Origin: Clostridiales bacterium
GTDB lineage: Bacteria > Bacillota > Clostridia > Christensenellales > UMGS416
DNA length: 19,982 bases
Assembly: GCA_012515725.1 (NCBI GenBank)
Contig: JAAYXU010000262.1
Coordinates: 1 to 19,982 of the forward strand
Direction of reading: 5' to 3'
Each line of letters begins with the position of its first letter. The first letter of the stretch is position 1. The position numbers and the translations under genes were made by a program. The notes below the pieces were generated by a model. The model saw only the letters and a program-made list of their open reading frames with translations, was not told the origin of the DNA and did no database searches. Below are positions 9,967-17,394 of this stretch, piece by piece.

Positions 9967-11439
9967 ATGGCTAAAAATTATCTGGCATTTGATCTGGGCG
10001 CAAGCAGCGGGCGGGCGATACTTGGCACGCTAAATGACGGGAAGCTGTCGCTCAGGGAGCTGCACCGCTTCGAAAATGTGCCCGTAAAGATAGGCGCTCA
10101 TCTGTACTGGGATACGCCCGGCATATTCAACGAGCTCAAGAATGGCCTGAGGGCATACGCCAGGCTTGATGCGGGCCCGCTCTCGGGCGTGGGTATCGAC
10201 ACATGGGGCGTGGATTTCGGCCTGCTGGACCACAACGACGAGCTTATCGGCAACCCGATCCATTACCGGGACGATCAGACAGACGGCATGATGGAAAAGG
10301 TATTCGAGCGGATAAGCCGCCGGGAGATATATCGCACGACAGGCATCGCGTTTATGAGAATCAATACGCTCTACCAGCTTGCCGGCATGAAGGAGCGGGG
10401 ATCGGTATCCCTCGCCAACGCGAGCACGCTGCTTTTCATGCCCGATCTCCTCGCCTGGATGCTGACCGGAAAAAAGGGTACCGAGTACACGATCGCGTCG
10501 ACGTCCCAGCTGCTGGACGTAGAAGGCCTGGCCGTGTCCGCGCCGATCCTGAAGGCACTGGGTATACCGGAGAGCCTCTTTTCGCCGATCGTACAGCCGG
10601 GAACGCTCCGGGGCCCGCTGCTACAATCCATCGCGGAGGAAACGCTGGTGGGAGACGTGCCGGTCTACGCGGTCGCCGGGCACGATACGGCTTCGGCGGT
10701 CGTCGCTGTACCCGCGGAGGGCAGCAGGCACGCGTATCTGAGCAGCGGCACCTGGTCGCTGATGGGCATAGAGAACGACGCGCCGGTCGTCAGCGACGAT
10801 TCGCTTGAATGGAACTTCACAAACGAGGGCGGCGCGTTCGGCAAATACCGCATACTGCGTAACATCATGGGACTGTGGATCATTCAGGAGTGCCGCCGGG
10901 AATGGAGCAGGCAGGGCGAAAAGGTTTCCTTCGACGCGCTGACGCAGCAGGCGGCGGAAGCGCTGCCCTTTAAGGCGCTTATTAACCCCGACGACGATCG
11001 CTTTTTCGCGCCCGGAGACATGCCCGGGAAGGTGCGGGAATACTGCCGCGAAACAGGGCAAAGCGTGCCCGAAACCCGGGGCGAGATCGTCCGCTGCGTT
11101 CTCGAAAGCCTCGCGCTGCGCTACAGGTGGTGCATGGAGCGGCTGGAGCGGCTGAGCGGACAGTCGCTGGACCGGCTTCACATAGTGGGCGGCGGCATAC
11201 AGAACAGGCTCCTGTGCCAGCTGTCTGCAAGCGCGATAGGCCGACCTGTCATCGCGGGCCCCATCGAGGCTACTGCGATCGGCAATATACTCATGCAGGC
11301 GGCGGCGGACGGCGAGCTTTCGGGGCTAGCCGAGATTCGCGAGACGGTGCGCCGCTCGTTCGCGCCCGAGACATACCATCCCAACGACAAGCCTGCCTGG
11401 GACGCGGCCTACGAGCGGTTTCTTGAGATAGGCGGCTGA
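9967..11439 (+). CDS. rhaB: Rhamnulokinase (FGGY carbohydrate kinase)
   Basis: The N-terminus LAFDLGASSGRAILG...LRELHRFEN is RhaB-like. Further blocks match the RhaB pattern: GIDTWGVDFGLLD, AYLSSGTWSLMGIE, NFTNEGGAFGKYRILRNIMGLWIIQE, LINPDDDRFFAPGDM, LHIVGGGIQNRLLCQL and VIAGPIEATAIGNI. Confidence 0.85.
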   Translation: MAKNYLAFDLGASSGRAILGTLNDGKLSLRELHRFENVPVKIGAHLYWDTPGIFNELKNGLRAYARLDAGPLSGVGIDTWGVDFGLLDHNDELIGNPIHYRDDQTDGMMEKVFERISRREIYRTTGIAFMRINTLYQLAGMKERGSVSLANASTLLFMPDLLAWMLTGKKGTEYTIASTSQLLDVEGLAVSAPILKALGIPESLFSPIVQPGTLRGPLLQSIAEETLVGDVPVYAVAGHDTASAVVAVPAEGSRHAYLSSGTWSLMGIENDAPVVSDDSLEWNFTNEGGAFGKYRILRNIMGLWIIQECRREWSRQGEKVSFDALTQQAAEALPFKALINPDDDRFFAPGDMPGKVREYCRETGQSVPETRGEIVRCVLESLALRYRWCMERLERLSGQSLDRLHIVGGGIQNRLLCQLSASAIGRPVIAGPIEATAIGNILMQAAADGELSGLAEIRETVRRSFAPETYHPNDKPAWDAAYERFLEIGG

Positions 11440-11441
11440 TT

Positions 11442-12611
11442 ATGGGAGAGCTTTGTAAGGACGCATGGCGGAAAAACCCGGTCCCCCTGTACCGGCTGTC
11501 ACCCGGCGGCGGGCAGTATTTCTTTGGGTACTACGATCTCTTTGCGACAGAAGGGAACACGCACCTGTGCCACAGGGTCCCGTTCATGGACAGGCTTCAC
11601 AGGGCGGGTGACCGGGCGCAGCTGGGTACGCTGCCGCTCACGGGCGGAGAGTTCACGCCGTTTGATGATACGGCGGCCTGGTGCTTCCAGCAGGGAGCGA
11701 TGATGCAGTTCGTGCCGGGCATTTCCGATACCGTGATGTACAATATCGAACGAAAAGACGGATACGGTGCGCGGATGCGGAATCTCGGAACCGGCGCGGT
11801 GCGCGAATACGGAAGGCCTGTTTCCGCGCTGTCGCCCGACGGAGCTTTTTTCCTGTCGGTCAACATGGCGCGGCTGTACGATTTCCGGCCGGGCTACGGA
11901 TACGCGGGCATCCCCGATCCCTACGGGAGCGAGGCCGCGCCCCAAACCGACGGCGTATGGCGCGTGGATATGCGCACCGGGCGCGAAACCCTGCTCGTGA
12001 CGCTGGCAGCGCTTAAAAAGCTGGCGGGCGATTACTTCGCAGCCGGGGAAAAGCTCTGTGTCAATCACATCACCGTCGCACCCGGCGGGCGGCGCTATGT
12101 GATGCTGCTGCGAAACATGGAAAAGCGCCCGTGGCGCACGCTCGTGCTGACCGCCGACTGCGGCGGGTCGGGGGAACCCTTCGTAATCCTCGACGATACG
12201 TATGCCTCCCACTACTGGTGGCAGGACGCGGATCGGCTGCTTTTCCACTGCCGGGTCGCCGGACAAAACGGAATGTACACGCTCCATGACGGTACGCGGA
12301 AGGCCGAGGCGTGGGATCCCGGCTTTTTTGCGTTCGACGGGCACATGCGTACCGCGCCCGGCGGGAAATGGCTCAGCTACGATAGCTATCCCGACGCGAA
12401 GGGCAGGCGCAGGTTGCTCGTCTACGATACCGGGAGCGGGACGGGTTTCGAGCTTGCCCGGCTCCATGGGCCCAGCCCCGATCCGACAGACATACGCTGC
12501 GATCTGCATCCCCGGTGGAGCCATGACGGCGCGTGGCTGACGTTCGACTCGATCCACGAGGGATTCAGGGGAGTCTACGCCGTGAGCGCCGCGGATCTTC
12601 CGGATGTTTGA
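11442..12611 (+). CDS. Uncharacterised 389-aa protein; predicted beta-propeller, possibly of the oligogalacturonate lyase family (Ogl, PF14583-like)
   Basis: Only a 2-nt gap after the rhaB stop. GC3-rich codon usage supports the + frame over the 352-aa antisense ORF. An N-terminal RLSP...YFFGYYDLF...EGNTHL block resembles the Ogl family N-terminus. C-terminal HPRWSHDGAWLTFDS is TolB/propeller-like. Its length matches Ogl at about 388 aa. Confidence 0.5.
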   Translation: MGELCKDAWRKNPVPLYRLSPGGGQYFFGYYDLFATEGNTHLCHRVPFMDRLHRAGDRAQLGTLPLTGGEFTPFDDTAAWCFQQGAMMQFVPGISDTVMYNIERKDGYGARMRNLGTGAVREYGRPVSALSPDGAFFLSVNMARLYDFRPGYGYAGIPDPYGSEAAPQTDGVWRVDMRTGRETLLVTLAALKKLAGDYFAAGEKLCVNHITVAPGGRRYVMLLRNMEKRPWRTLVLTADCGGSGEPFVILDDTYASHYWWQDADRLLFHCRVAGQNGMYTLHDGTRKAEAWDPGFFAFDGHMRTAPGGKWLSYDSYPDAKGRRRLLVYDTGSGTGFELARLHGPSPDPTDIRCDLHPRWSHDGAWLTFDSIHEGFRGVYAVSAADLPDV

Positions 12612-12625
12612 TTGTTCGTAGTGTG

Positions 12626-12657
12626 AACCGGGGCGGCAATAGCCGTCCCGGTTTTTC
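12626..12657 (+). terminator. Rho-independent terminator after the Ogl-like gene, in the convergent intergenic with spoIIP
   Basis: AACCGGGGCGGC-AATA-GCCGTCCCGGTT is a stem with one G.T wobble. It is followed by TTTTTC on the + strand. The - strand tail is not T-rich. Confidence 0.65.
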
Positions 12658-12670
12658 TATCGTTAAGTCT

Positions 12671-13747
12671 TTATTTTTCGCCCATAATTTCAGCCAGCGC
12701 CTGCGCAAGATACCGCGCGGAAAGGAGCGCCTGATCCAGCGTGTTCTCGATATGCCCCATCTCGATGAGTATCGCGCCGGTGGACAGGTGCTGGTTGTAG
12801 CGCCCGGTCTTTACGTTGACGGGCAGCGCCAGTCCGGGACAGATGTCATTTAGCGCGTCAACCAGACTCTGGGCGACGACGATGTTCCGGTTCCAGTCGG
12901 GGCGCACGGCGTATCCGTTTCCGGTGCTGCCCTCTCCTGTGCCTATGATGACCATGATTCGGGAGACCTCCTGCCCGTCGATCGTAACGGTCGAGGGATT
13001 CCACGATCGCGCGTTATAGTCGTCCCGGTGCATGTCGATCAGGATTTTCAGGCTGTCATACTTATCGAGATAGCGCTCCACAGTCGCACAGGAGCGGATG
13101 TAGGCCGTCCCCGTCGCGGGCGGCTCATGGTCGGTCGTGTCGTGGAGCGTGATGATCCCATACCTCAAGGTCAGCATATCGGCCAGCTCCTTGCCAACGC
13201 GCACGATATTGTACTGCTGATTGGTGGTGCGCACATCGGGTAGCTCCGCGTAGACCTGCTCCACAGTCTTATGATAGGATTCCTGGGTGTGCGTATGGTA
13301 TATGAGTACCTGCGGACCCTGCCCGCTTATTTCAATGGAGGGAGTGACTCCCGAGGAGATGGTGGGTCTGGGGCTCACTTCCTTGTCTCCGTTCTCGCCG
13401 GTCGTGGCGGTTGCTTCCTTTATTTCGATGCGCCCGATTTCTACCACGCCCGGAATCGTATAGGCGACCACCGATATGGGATCGGAGGGATCGTATCCGA
13501 TGAGCCACCGGAAAAATCCCGGCAGCGACGCACCCGGCTCTTCCTCGGCGGTCGCCCGCATCTCGATACGCCGGACGCCGCGGGAGACGGTTTCGGCCGT
13601 GGGAGAGGCCTGGCTGCGCGCGCTCGCCTCAAGGGAAAGGATATATCCGGCCCAGAGATGCGCCCAAAGACCTACCAGGAGCACAGTCATGGTACAGACT
13701 ACGGCCCGGAAGCAAAAACGTCTCAGTTCCGAACGCATATAATACAT
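12671..13747 (-). CDS. spoIIP: Stage II sporulation protein P (SpoIIP)
   Basis: VLIYHTHTQESY, IDMHRDDYN and GRYNQHLSTGAILIEMGHIENT match the SpoIIP hallmarks. The start is placed at the MYYM ATG (13747) with GGAGGGG 7 nt upstream and a TM helix (AVVCTMTVLLVGLWAHLW) just after it. The 80-codon extension in the ORF track (start 13984) runs through the promoter region and has no SD. Confidence 0.8.
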   Translation of the reverse strand: MYYMRSELRRFCFRAVVCTMTVLLVGLWAHLWAGYILSLEASARSQASPTAETVSRGVRRIEMRATAEEEPGASLPGFFRWLIGYDPSDPISVVAYTIPGVVEIGRIEIKEATATTGENGDKEVSPRPTISSGVTPSIEISGQGPQVLIYHTHTQESYHKTVEQVYAELPDVRTTNQQYNIVRVGKELADMLTLRYGIITLHDTTDHEPPATGTAYIRSCATVERYLDKYDSLKILIDMHRDDYNARSWNPSTVTIDGQEVSRIMVIIGTGEGSTGNGYAVRPDWNRNIVVAQSLVDALNDICPGLALPVNVKTGRYNQHLSTGAILIEMGHIENTLDQALLSARYLAQALAEIMGEK

Positions 13748-13950
13748 CGTGCCCCTCCGCCGGAGCCGTGCCGCAGGAGGCTCCCATCTATATCTATTCA
13801 CGAAAAGGGCGGGGTATGTACTTTTTTTTATTATATTAATTCGTGTTTGTTGTGTAGGATAGAGATTGCATTTCAGCCGGGTTTTCGCTGATTCCGCGTA
13901 GCTTAATAACCTATATATACCGGAAATTCTGTCCCGATCGGCCCGGGCCT

Positions 13951-13978
13951 TTCGCAAGCGTCCGAAATGCCTTATAAT
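13951..13978 (+). promoter_or_regulatory. Candidate sigma-A promoter of sdaAB-sdaAA: TTCGCA-N16-TATAAT
   Basis: TTCGCA at 13951-13956, a 16-nt spacer, then TATAAT at 13973-13978. GGAGG at 13986-13990 and ATG at 13999 would make a very short leader. Confidence 0.3.
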
Positions 13979-13998
13979 GAGCATCGGAGGCGAGCGCG

Positions 13999-14670
13999 AT
14001 GGATCTCTTTGATATAATCGGGCCGGTCATGGTGGGGCCCTCAAGCTCCCATACGGCGGGGGCAGCGCGGATAGGGCTGGCGATACGCAGGATACTGTGC
14101 GACGAGCCTGTCAGTGCCGATATCGCGCTGTCGGGTTCGTTCGCTGCCACGGGAGCGGGCCACGGCACGGACCGGGCGCTGGCGGCCGGTCTCATGGGTA
14201 TGCATCCCGACGATCTGCGCATCCGCGACAGCCTGGCGATAGCGGCGGAGAGGGGCCTTGAGCTCCATTTCTCGCAGTCGGACATACCGCGCGCTCATCC
14301 GAACTCTGTTTTTATCCGGGTGACGGGCAGGAGCGGCCGCTCGGTGAATGTGTTGGCCGCATCGGTGGGCGCCGGCCGCATTGAGGTGCGGCGGATCGAC
14401 GGTCTGGACGTCAATTTCAGCTGCGAGCAGCCCACGCTGCTCATTCCTCATAAGGACGGGCCGGGATGCGTCGCGCGCGTGACCCGTATGCTGTCCGAAT
14501 CAGGACTTAACATCGCGGGCATGACGGTTCATCGCAGACAGCGTGGCGGGATGGCGATCATGGTCATAGAGACCGACGAGCCCGTGCCTCCGACGCTTCT
14601 TCACGCGCTGGCCACCCAGCCCGATATACACGATCCGCGCTATATCGAGCCGCCAAAGGAGAGCATATGA
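13999..14670 (+). CDS. sdaAB: L-serine dehydratase, iron-sulfur-dependent, beta subunit (ACT-domain subunit)
   Basis: The N-terminus MDLFDIIGPVMVGPSSSHTAGAARIG is SdaAB-like, with a C-terminal ACT-like region. GGAGG lies 8 nt upstream. ATGA overlap with the downstream alpha subunit. Confidence 0.85.
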   Translation: MDLFDIIGPVMVGPSSSHTAGAARIGLAIRRILCDEPVSADIALSGSFAATGAGHGTDRALAAGLMGMHPDDLRIRDSLAIAAERGLELHFSQSDIPRAHPNSVFIRVTGRSGRSVNVLAASVGAGRIEVRRIDGLDVNFSCEQPTLLIPHKDGPGCVARVTRMLSESGLNIAGMTVHRRQRGGMAIMVIETDEPVPPTLLHALATQPDIHDPRYIEPPKESI

Positions 14671-15578
14671 ATATCGATTCGTTTTCTGCGTTTGTGGCCG
14701 AGGCCCGAAAAACAGGCCGTCCGCTGTGGGAGGTGGCGCTGATCGATCAGTCCGCGGATAGCGGGCAGTCCCCAGCCGAGACGCTTGAGCGCATGACCCG
14801 CACGCTACGCGTCATGCGTGAAGCGCTGTCCCAATATGATCCCGCCGCGCGCTCCGAGAGCGGTCTGTCGGGCGGCGCGGCCGCCCGTCTGCGCGACGCT
14901 GCTGCGGTGGGTAAGTCGTTATCTGGGCCCTTCCTGTCGGACGTCATGAGCCGGGCGCTGATGATGGCCGAGATGAACGCCTGCATGGGCCGTATCGTCG
15001 CTGCGCCTACCGCCGGTTCGTGCGGCGTGCTGCCGTCGGTGATACTGTCCGCGCAAGAACGCTTGCGCTTACCCGAGGAGGCGGCTGTTCACGCCCTGCT
15101 GACGGCGGGCGGCGTGGGGGCCATCATCGCGTCGCGCGCGACGCTCTCGGGCGCGGAGGGCGGCTGTCAGGCCGAGGTGGGCAGCGCCTCAGCGATGGCT
15201 GCGGCCGCGCTTGTCGAGATGATGGGCGGCGCGCCGGAAATGAGCGCGCACGCCTGCGCGATAGCGCTCTCAAACCTGATGGGACTCATATGCGATCCGG
15301 TGGCGGGACGGGTGGAGGTGCCCTGCGTGACCCGCAACGTGATCGGCGCGGTGGGCGCGGTCGCCGCAGCCGAGTTAGCTCTTGGCGGGATCGAGTATCC
15401 CGTCCCCGCCGACGAGGTGATCGACGCGATGGGCTGGGTGGGCGCGTCGCTGCCCCCGGCCCTGCGCGAAACGGGGGAAGGGGGGCTTGCCGTGACACTC
15501 ACCGGAAGAAGCATATGCGAACGGCTGGCCGCCCCGGTGCGCGGGAAGCGACGGAGCGAGCGGCCATTACGCCAATGA
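14667..15578 (+). CDS. sdaAA: L-serine dehydratase, iron-sulfur-dependent, alpha subunit
   Basis: Translationally coupled to sdaAB by a 4-nt overlap. The Gly/Ala-rich catalytic core with cysteine ligands (CMGRIVAAPTAGSCGVLPSVIL ... CQAEVGSASAMAAA ... PCVTRNVIGAVGA) is typical of the SDH alpha subunit. Confidence 0.85.
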   Translation: MNIDSFSAFVAEARKTGRPLWEVALIDQSADSGQSPAETLERMTRTLRVMREALSQYDPAARSESGLSGGAAARLRDAAAVGKSLSGPFLSDVMSRALMMAEMNACMGRIVAAPTAGSCGVLPSVILSAQERLRLPEEAAVHALLTAGGVGAIIASRATLSGAEGGCQAEVGSASAMAAAALVEMMGGAPEMSAHACAIALSNLMGLICDPVAGRVEVPCVTRNVIGAVGAVAAAELALGGIEYPVPADEVIDAMGWVGASLPPALRETGEGGLAVTLTGRSICERLAAPVRGKRRSERPLRQ

Positions 15579-15624
15579 GGATCCGGATGGCAATCCGATA
15601 CTGGTGGATCAACACAGATAGTGC

Positions 15625-15656
15625 AAAGAAAAGGAGAGCCGCATCGCTGCGACTCT
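15625..15656 (-). terminator. Rho-independent terminator of the MFS gene (- strand), in the convergent intergenic with sdaAA
   Basis: AGAGCCGCA-TCGC-TGCGACTCT is a 9-bp stem with one mismatch. On the - strand it is followed by CUCCUUUUCUUUGC, which is T-rich. The + strand tail is not T-rich. Confidence 0.55.
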
Positions 15657-15696
15657 CTGTTACTGCTGAATTCACAATGCGCCTTGGCTTTACCTG

Positions 15697-16872
15697 TCAG
15701 TTTCCTCCCGAGGCTGCTCGAGCGGGCTGCCTGCGGCGCGCCAGCGTCAGCGTCAGTGCGAACCCCGCGGCGGCAAGCGCCGCCATGAAAAAGAAGCCGA
15801 TATTGATCGTAAAGTGATCGCTAATAATACCGCCCAGCCAGGGTCCGAGGAACATGCCCAGCCCGTAGATTGCCTGGAAAAAACCCATCGCTGTGGCCCG
15901 CCTCTCCTGCGCTACCGTACCTACAGCCAGACTCATGAGAAGCGGGAACACGAGTCCCTGGCCGCTCCCGGATATCACCTGGCTGAGCATCACCAGCCAT
16001 ATATTCCCCGAGAACGGCATCATCGCGCTGCCTATAAAATGCAGCGCAAAACCGCAGAGTATGAGACGGCGCTCGCCCAGACGGCTGATAAGGCCCGCTC
16101 CTGCCAACATTGCGGAAAAGAAGCTGCCCATGGACGCGAGCGTGGATACGATGCCGAGCTGCCATCCGGTCGCGTCCATCGAGCTGGATGCTACCGGGGC
16201 GAAGCTGAACACCTTACCGAAAAAAATGGCCTGCGTAAGCACCGAGAGGAGCGATACGGCGATAAGACCCGGAGTACGGGCCACTCGCACTACGTCGGGA
16301 AAGGAAAGGGGCTGTTTTTTTATTACAGGCTCATAGAGAAACAGCGAGAATATAATGCCCATGAGACCCACAGCGGATCCCGCGGCGAAGGTACCGTCCA
16401 CGCCGAATCGGTCGGCCAGTGCGCCTCCCGCCATCATCGCCAGCACCTGACTGGCGGAGGAACCCGCCGATACCATCGATATCGAGCGCGAAGTTGCGCC
16501 GCTCGTAAAATAGCTGGCATACAGAACCGTTAACTGCACATAGGCGCAGGCGGATATGCCGGCCAGTACCCGGGCCAGCAGCACCCAGCCCGGCGATTTG
16601 CCAAGCAGCAGTGTCACCGCGCTGAGTGTTCCGAAAAGTATGCCGACCGTTACGAATATCCGCCTGCGGCCAAGCTTGTCCGATAATATGCCAAGCGGAA
16701 GACGCAGCAGGAGCTGCATGAGCCCGTACGCTCCGCCGATAAGTCCGACCATCTGCAGCGAGGCGTTCAGGCTCTCGGCATGCGGGGTCAGCACGGGCAT
16801 ACAAGTGTAAACGGCGCTCCAGTAGAGGAATGTCACGATGAAGAATGTCGGGAGCCGGAATCTGTAACGCAT
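15697..16872 (-). CDS. MFS transporter, 12-TM, substrate unknown
   Basis: MFS motif A GILSDKLGRRRIF is present. Hydrophobic helices occur throughout. The start is placed at ATG 16872 (MRYRFRLPTFFIV...) with GAGAGG 6 nt upstream. The further 31 codons in the ORF track run into AT-rich promoter DNA. Confidence 0.8.
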   Translation of the reverse strand: MRYRFRLPTFFIVTFLYWSAVYTCMPVLTPHAESLNASLQMVGLIGGAYGLMQLLLRLPLGILSDKLGRRRIFVTVGILFGTLSAVTLLLGKSPGWVLLARVLAGISACAYVQLTVLYASYFTSGATSRSISMVSAGSSASQVLAMMAGGALADRFGVDGTFAAGSAVGLMGIIFSLFLYEPVIKKQPLSFPDVVRVARTPGLIAVSLLSVLTQAIFFGKVFSFAPVASSSMDATGWQLGIVSTLASMGSFFSAMLAGAGLISRLGERRLILCGFALHFIGSAMMPFSGNIWLVMLSQVISGSGQGLVFPLLMSLAVGTVAQERRATAMGFFQAIYGLGMFLGPWLGGIISDHFTINIGFFFMAALAAAGFALTLTLARRRQPARAASGGN

Positions 16873-16909
16873 AAAATACCTCTCAAATATGTTGAAGGCT
16901 ATAGGTTCT

Positions 16910-16918
16910 ATTATAGCA
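16910..16918 (-). promoter_or_regulatory. Candidate extended -10 promoter (TGcTATAAT) for the MFS gene
   Basis: The - strand reads TGCTATAAT about 38 nt upstream of ATG 16872. The -35 is weak (ATGCTA/TGCTAC). Confidence 0.35.
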
Positions 16919-17033
16919 TAAATAAACGAGCGTAGCATTTGGGTAAAAAAATGGTTTTTATCCACGCTGGTACAACAATAACAATGAGTTCCGTAATCCG
17001 GGGAGGCTTTACCGCGCTTTGCGCTTGTTCCCT

Positions 17034-17056
17034 AAAAAAAACCGCCTTGCGGCGGG
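17034..17056 (-). terminator. Strong intrinsic terminator with its U-tract on the - strand, with no cognate upstream gene (orphan)
   Basis: CCGCC-TTGC-GGCGG hairpin at 17042-17055. It is flanked by A8 (17034-17041) on the + strand, so the - strand reads stem-UUUUUUUU. The + strand tail is only GTTTAT. It lies upstream of the MFS promoter, so it is not an MFS attenuator. Confidence 0.55.
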
Positions 17057-17065
17057 TTTATAAAT

Positions 17066-17120
17066 AAGGAGGTAAGGAGGACCGATGAAAAAATGCCTGC
17101 ACTGCTTGCCTGCAATATAG
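17066..17120 (+). other. Double Shine-Dalgarno (AAGGAGGTAAGGAGG) followed by the 11-codon micro-ORF MKKCLHCLPAI. Its antisense would be a CU-rich (CCUCCUUACCUCCUU) small-RNA body ending at the orphan terminator
   Basis: The SD tract is at 17066-17080 and the ORF at 17085-17120 (ATG...TAG). No convincing + strand promoter precedes it. On the - strand, a weak TTCATA-N16-TATATT (17141-17114) could start a roughly 75-nt transcript ending at the stem-U8. Confidence 0.25.
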
Positions 17121-17293
17121 AGTATACAGGAAGCTTATGAACGTTTCGTGAATGGGATATTAATTGTTTGTTAGCAATATGCGAAAGATACTGCAGGGAA
17201 TACTTTGGTTCGTCTGTGGAAATTGATACGCTGGCGGATGCTGGATGCGGTGCAGGTTTTCTCGCATTGGCAGAAACAAGCGCTATAAAACCC

Positions 17294-17322
17294 TTGAATT
17301 CCTGTCCGGTATTCTATATAAT
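17294..17322 (+). promoter_or_regulatory. Near-consensus sigma-A promoter of the sodium:solute symporter gene: TTGAAT-N17-TATAAT
   Basis: TTGAAT at 17294-17299, an exact 17-nt spacer, then TATAAT at 17317-17322, about 70 nt upstream of ATG 17395. Confidence 0.55.
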
Positions 17323-17394
17323 ATCGATATTGCAGTACGGTAGTATTCGGGATTATATTCGATCAATTTGCAGAACGGAAGGATGGAAGAAGCC

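Noticed and set aside
12671-13984. Extended 437-aa version of the spoIIP ORF
   Set aside because: The extra 79 N-terminal codons run through AT-rich promoter DNA, overlap the sdaAB -10 and SD on the other strand, and lack an SD. The internal ATG at 13747 has GGAGGGG and is followed by the expected TM helix.
16983-17066. 27-codon + strand ORF (MSSVIRGGFTALCACSLKKTALRRVYK) that spans the orphan terminator hairpin
   Set aside because: No SD or promoter. Its coding sequence would consist largely of the terminator stem and A-tract, so it is more parsimoniously non-coding.
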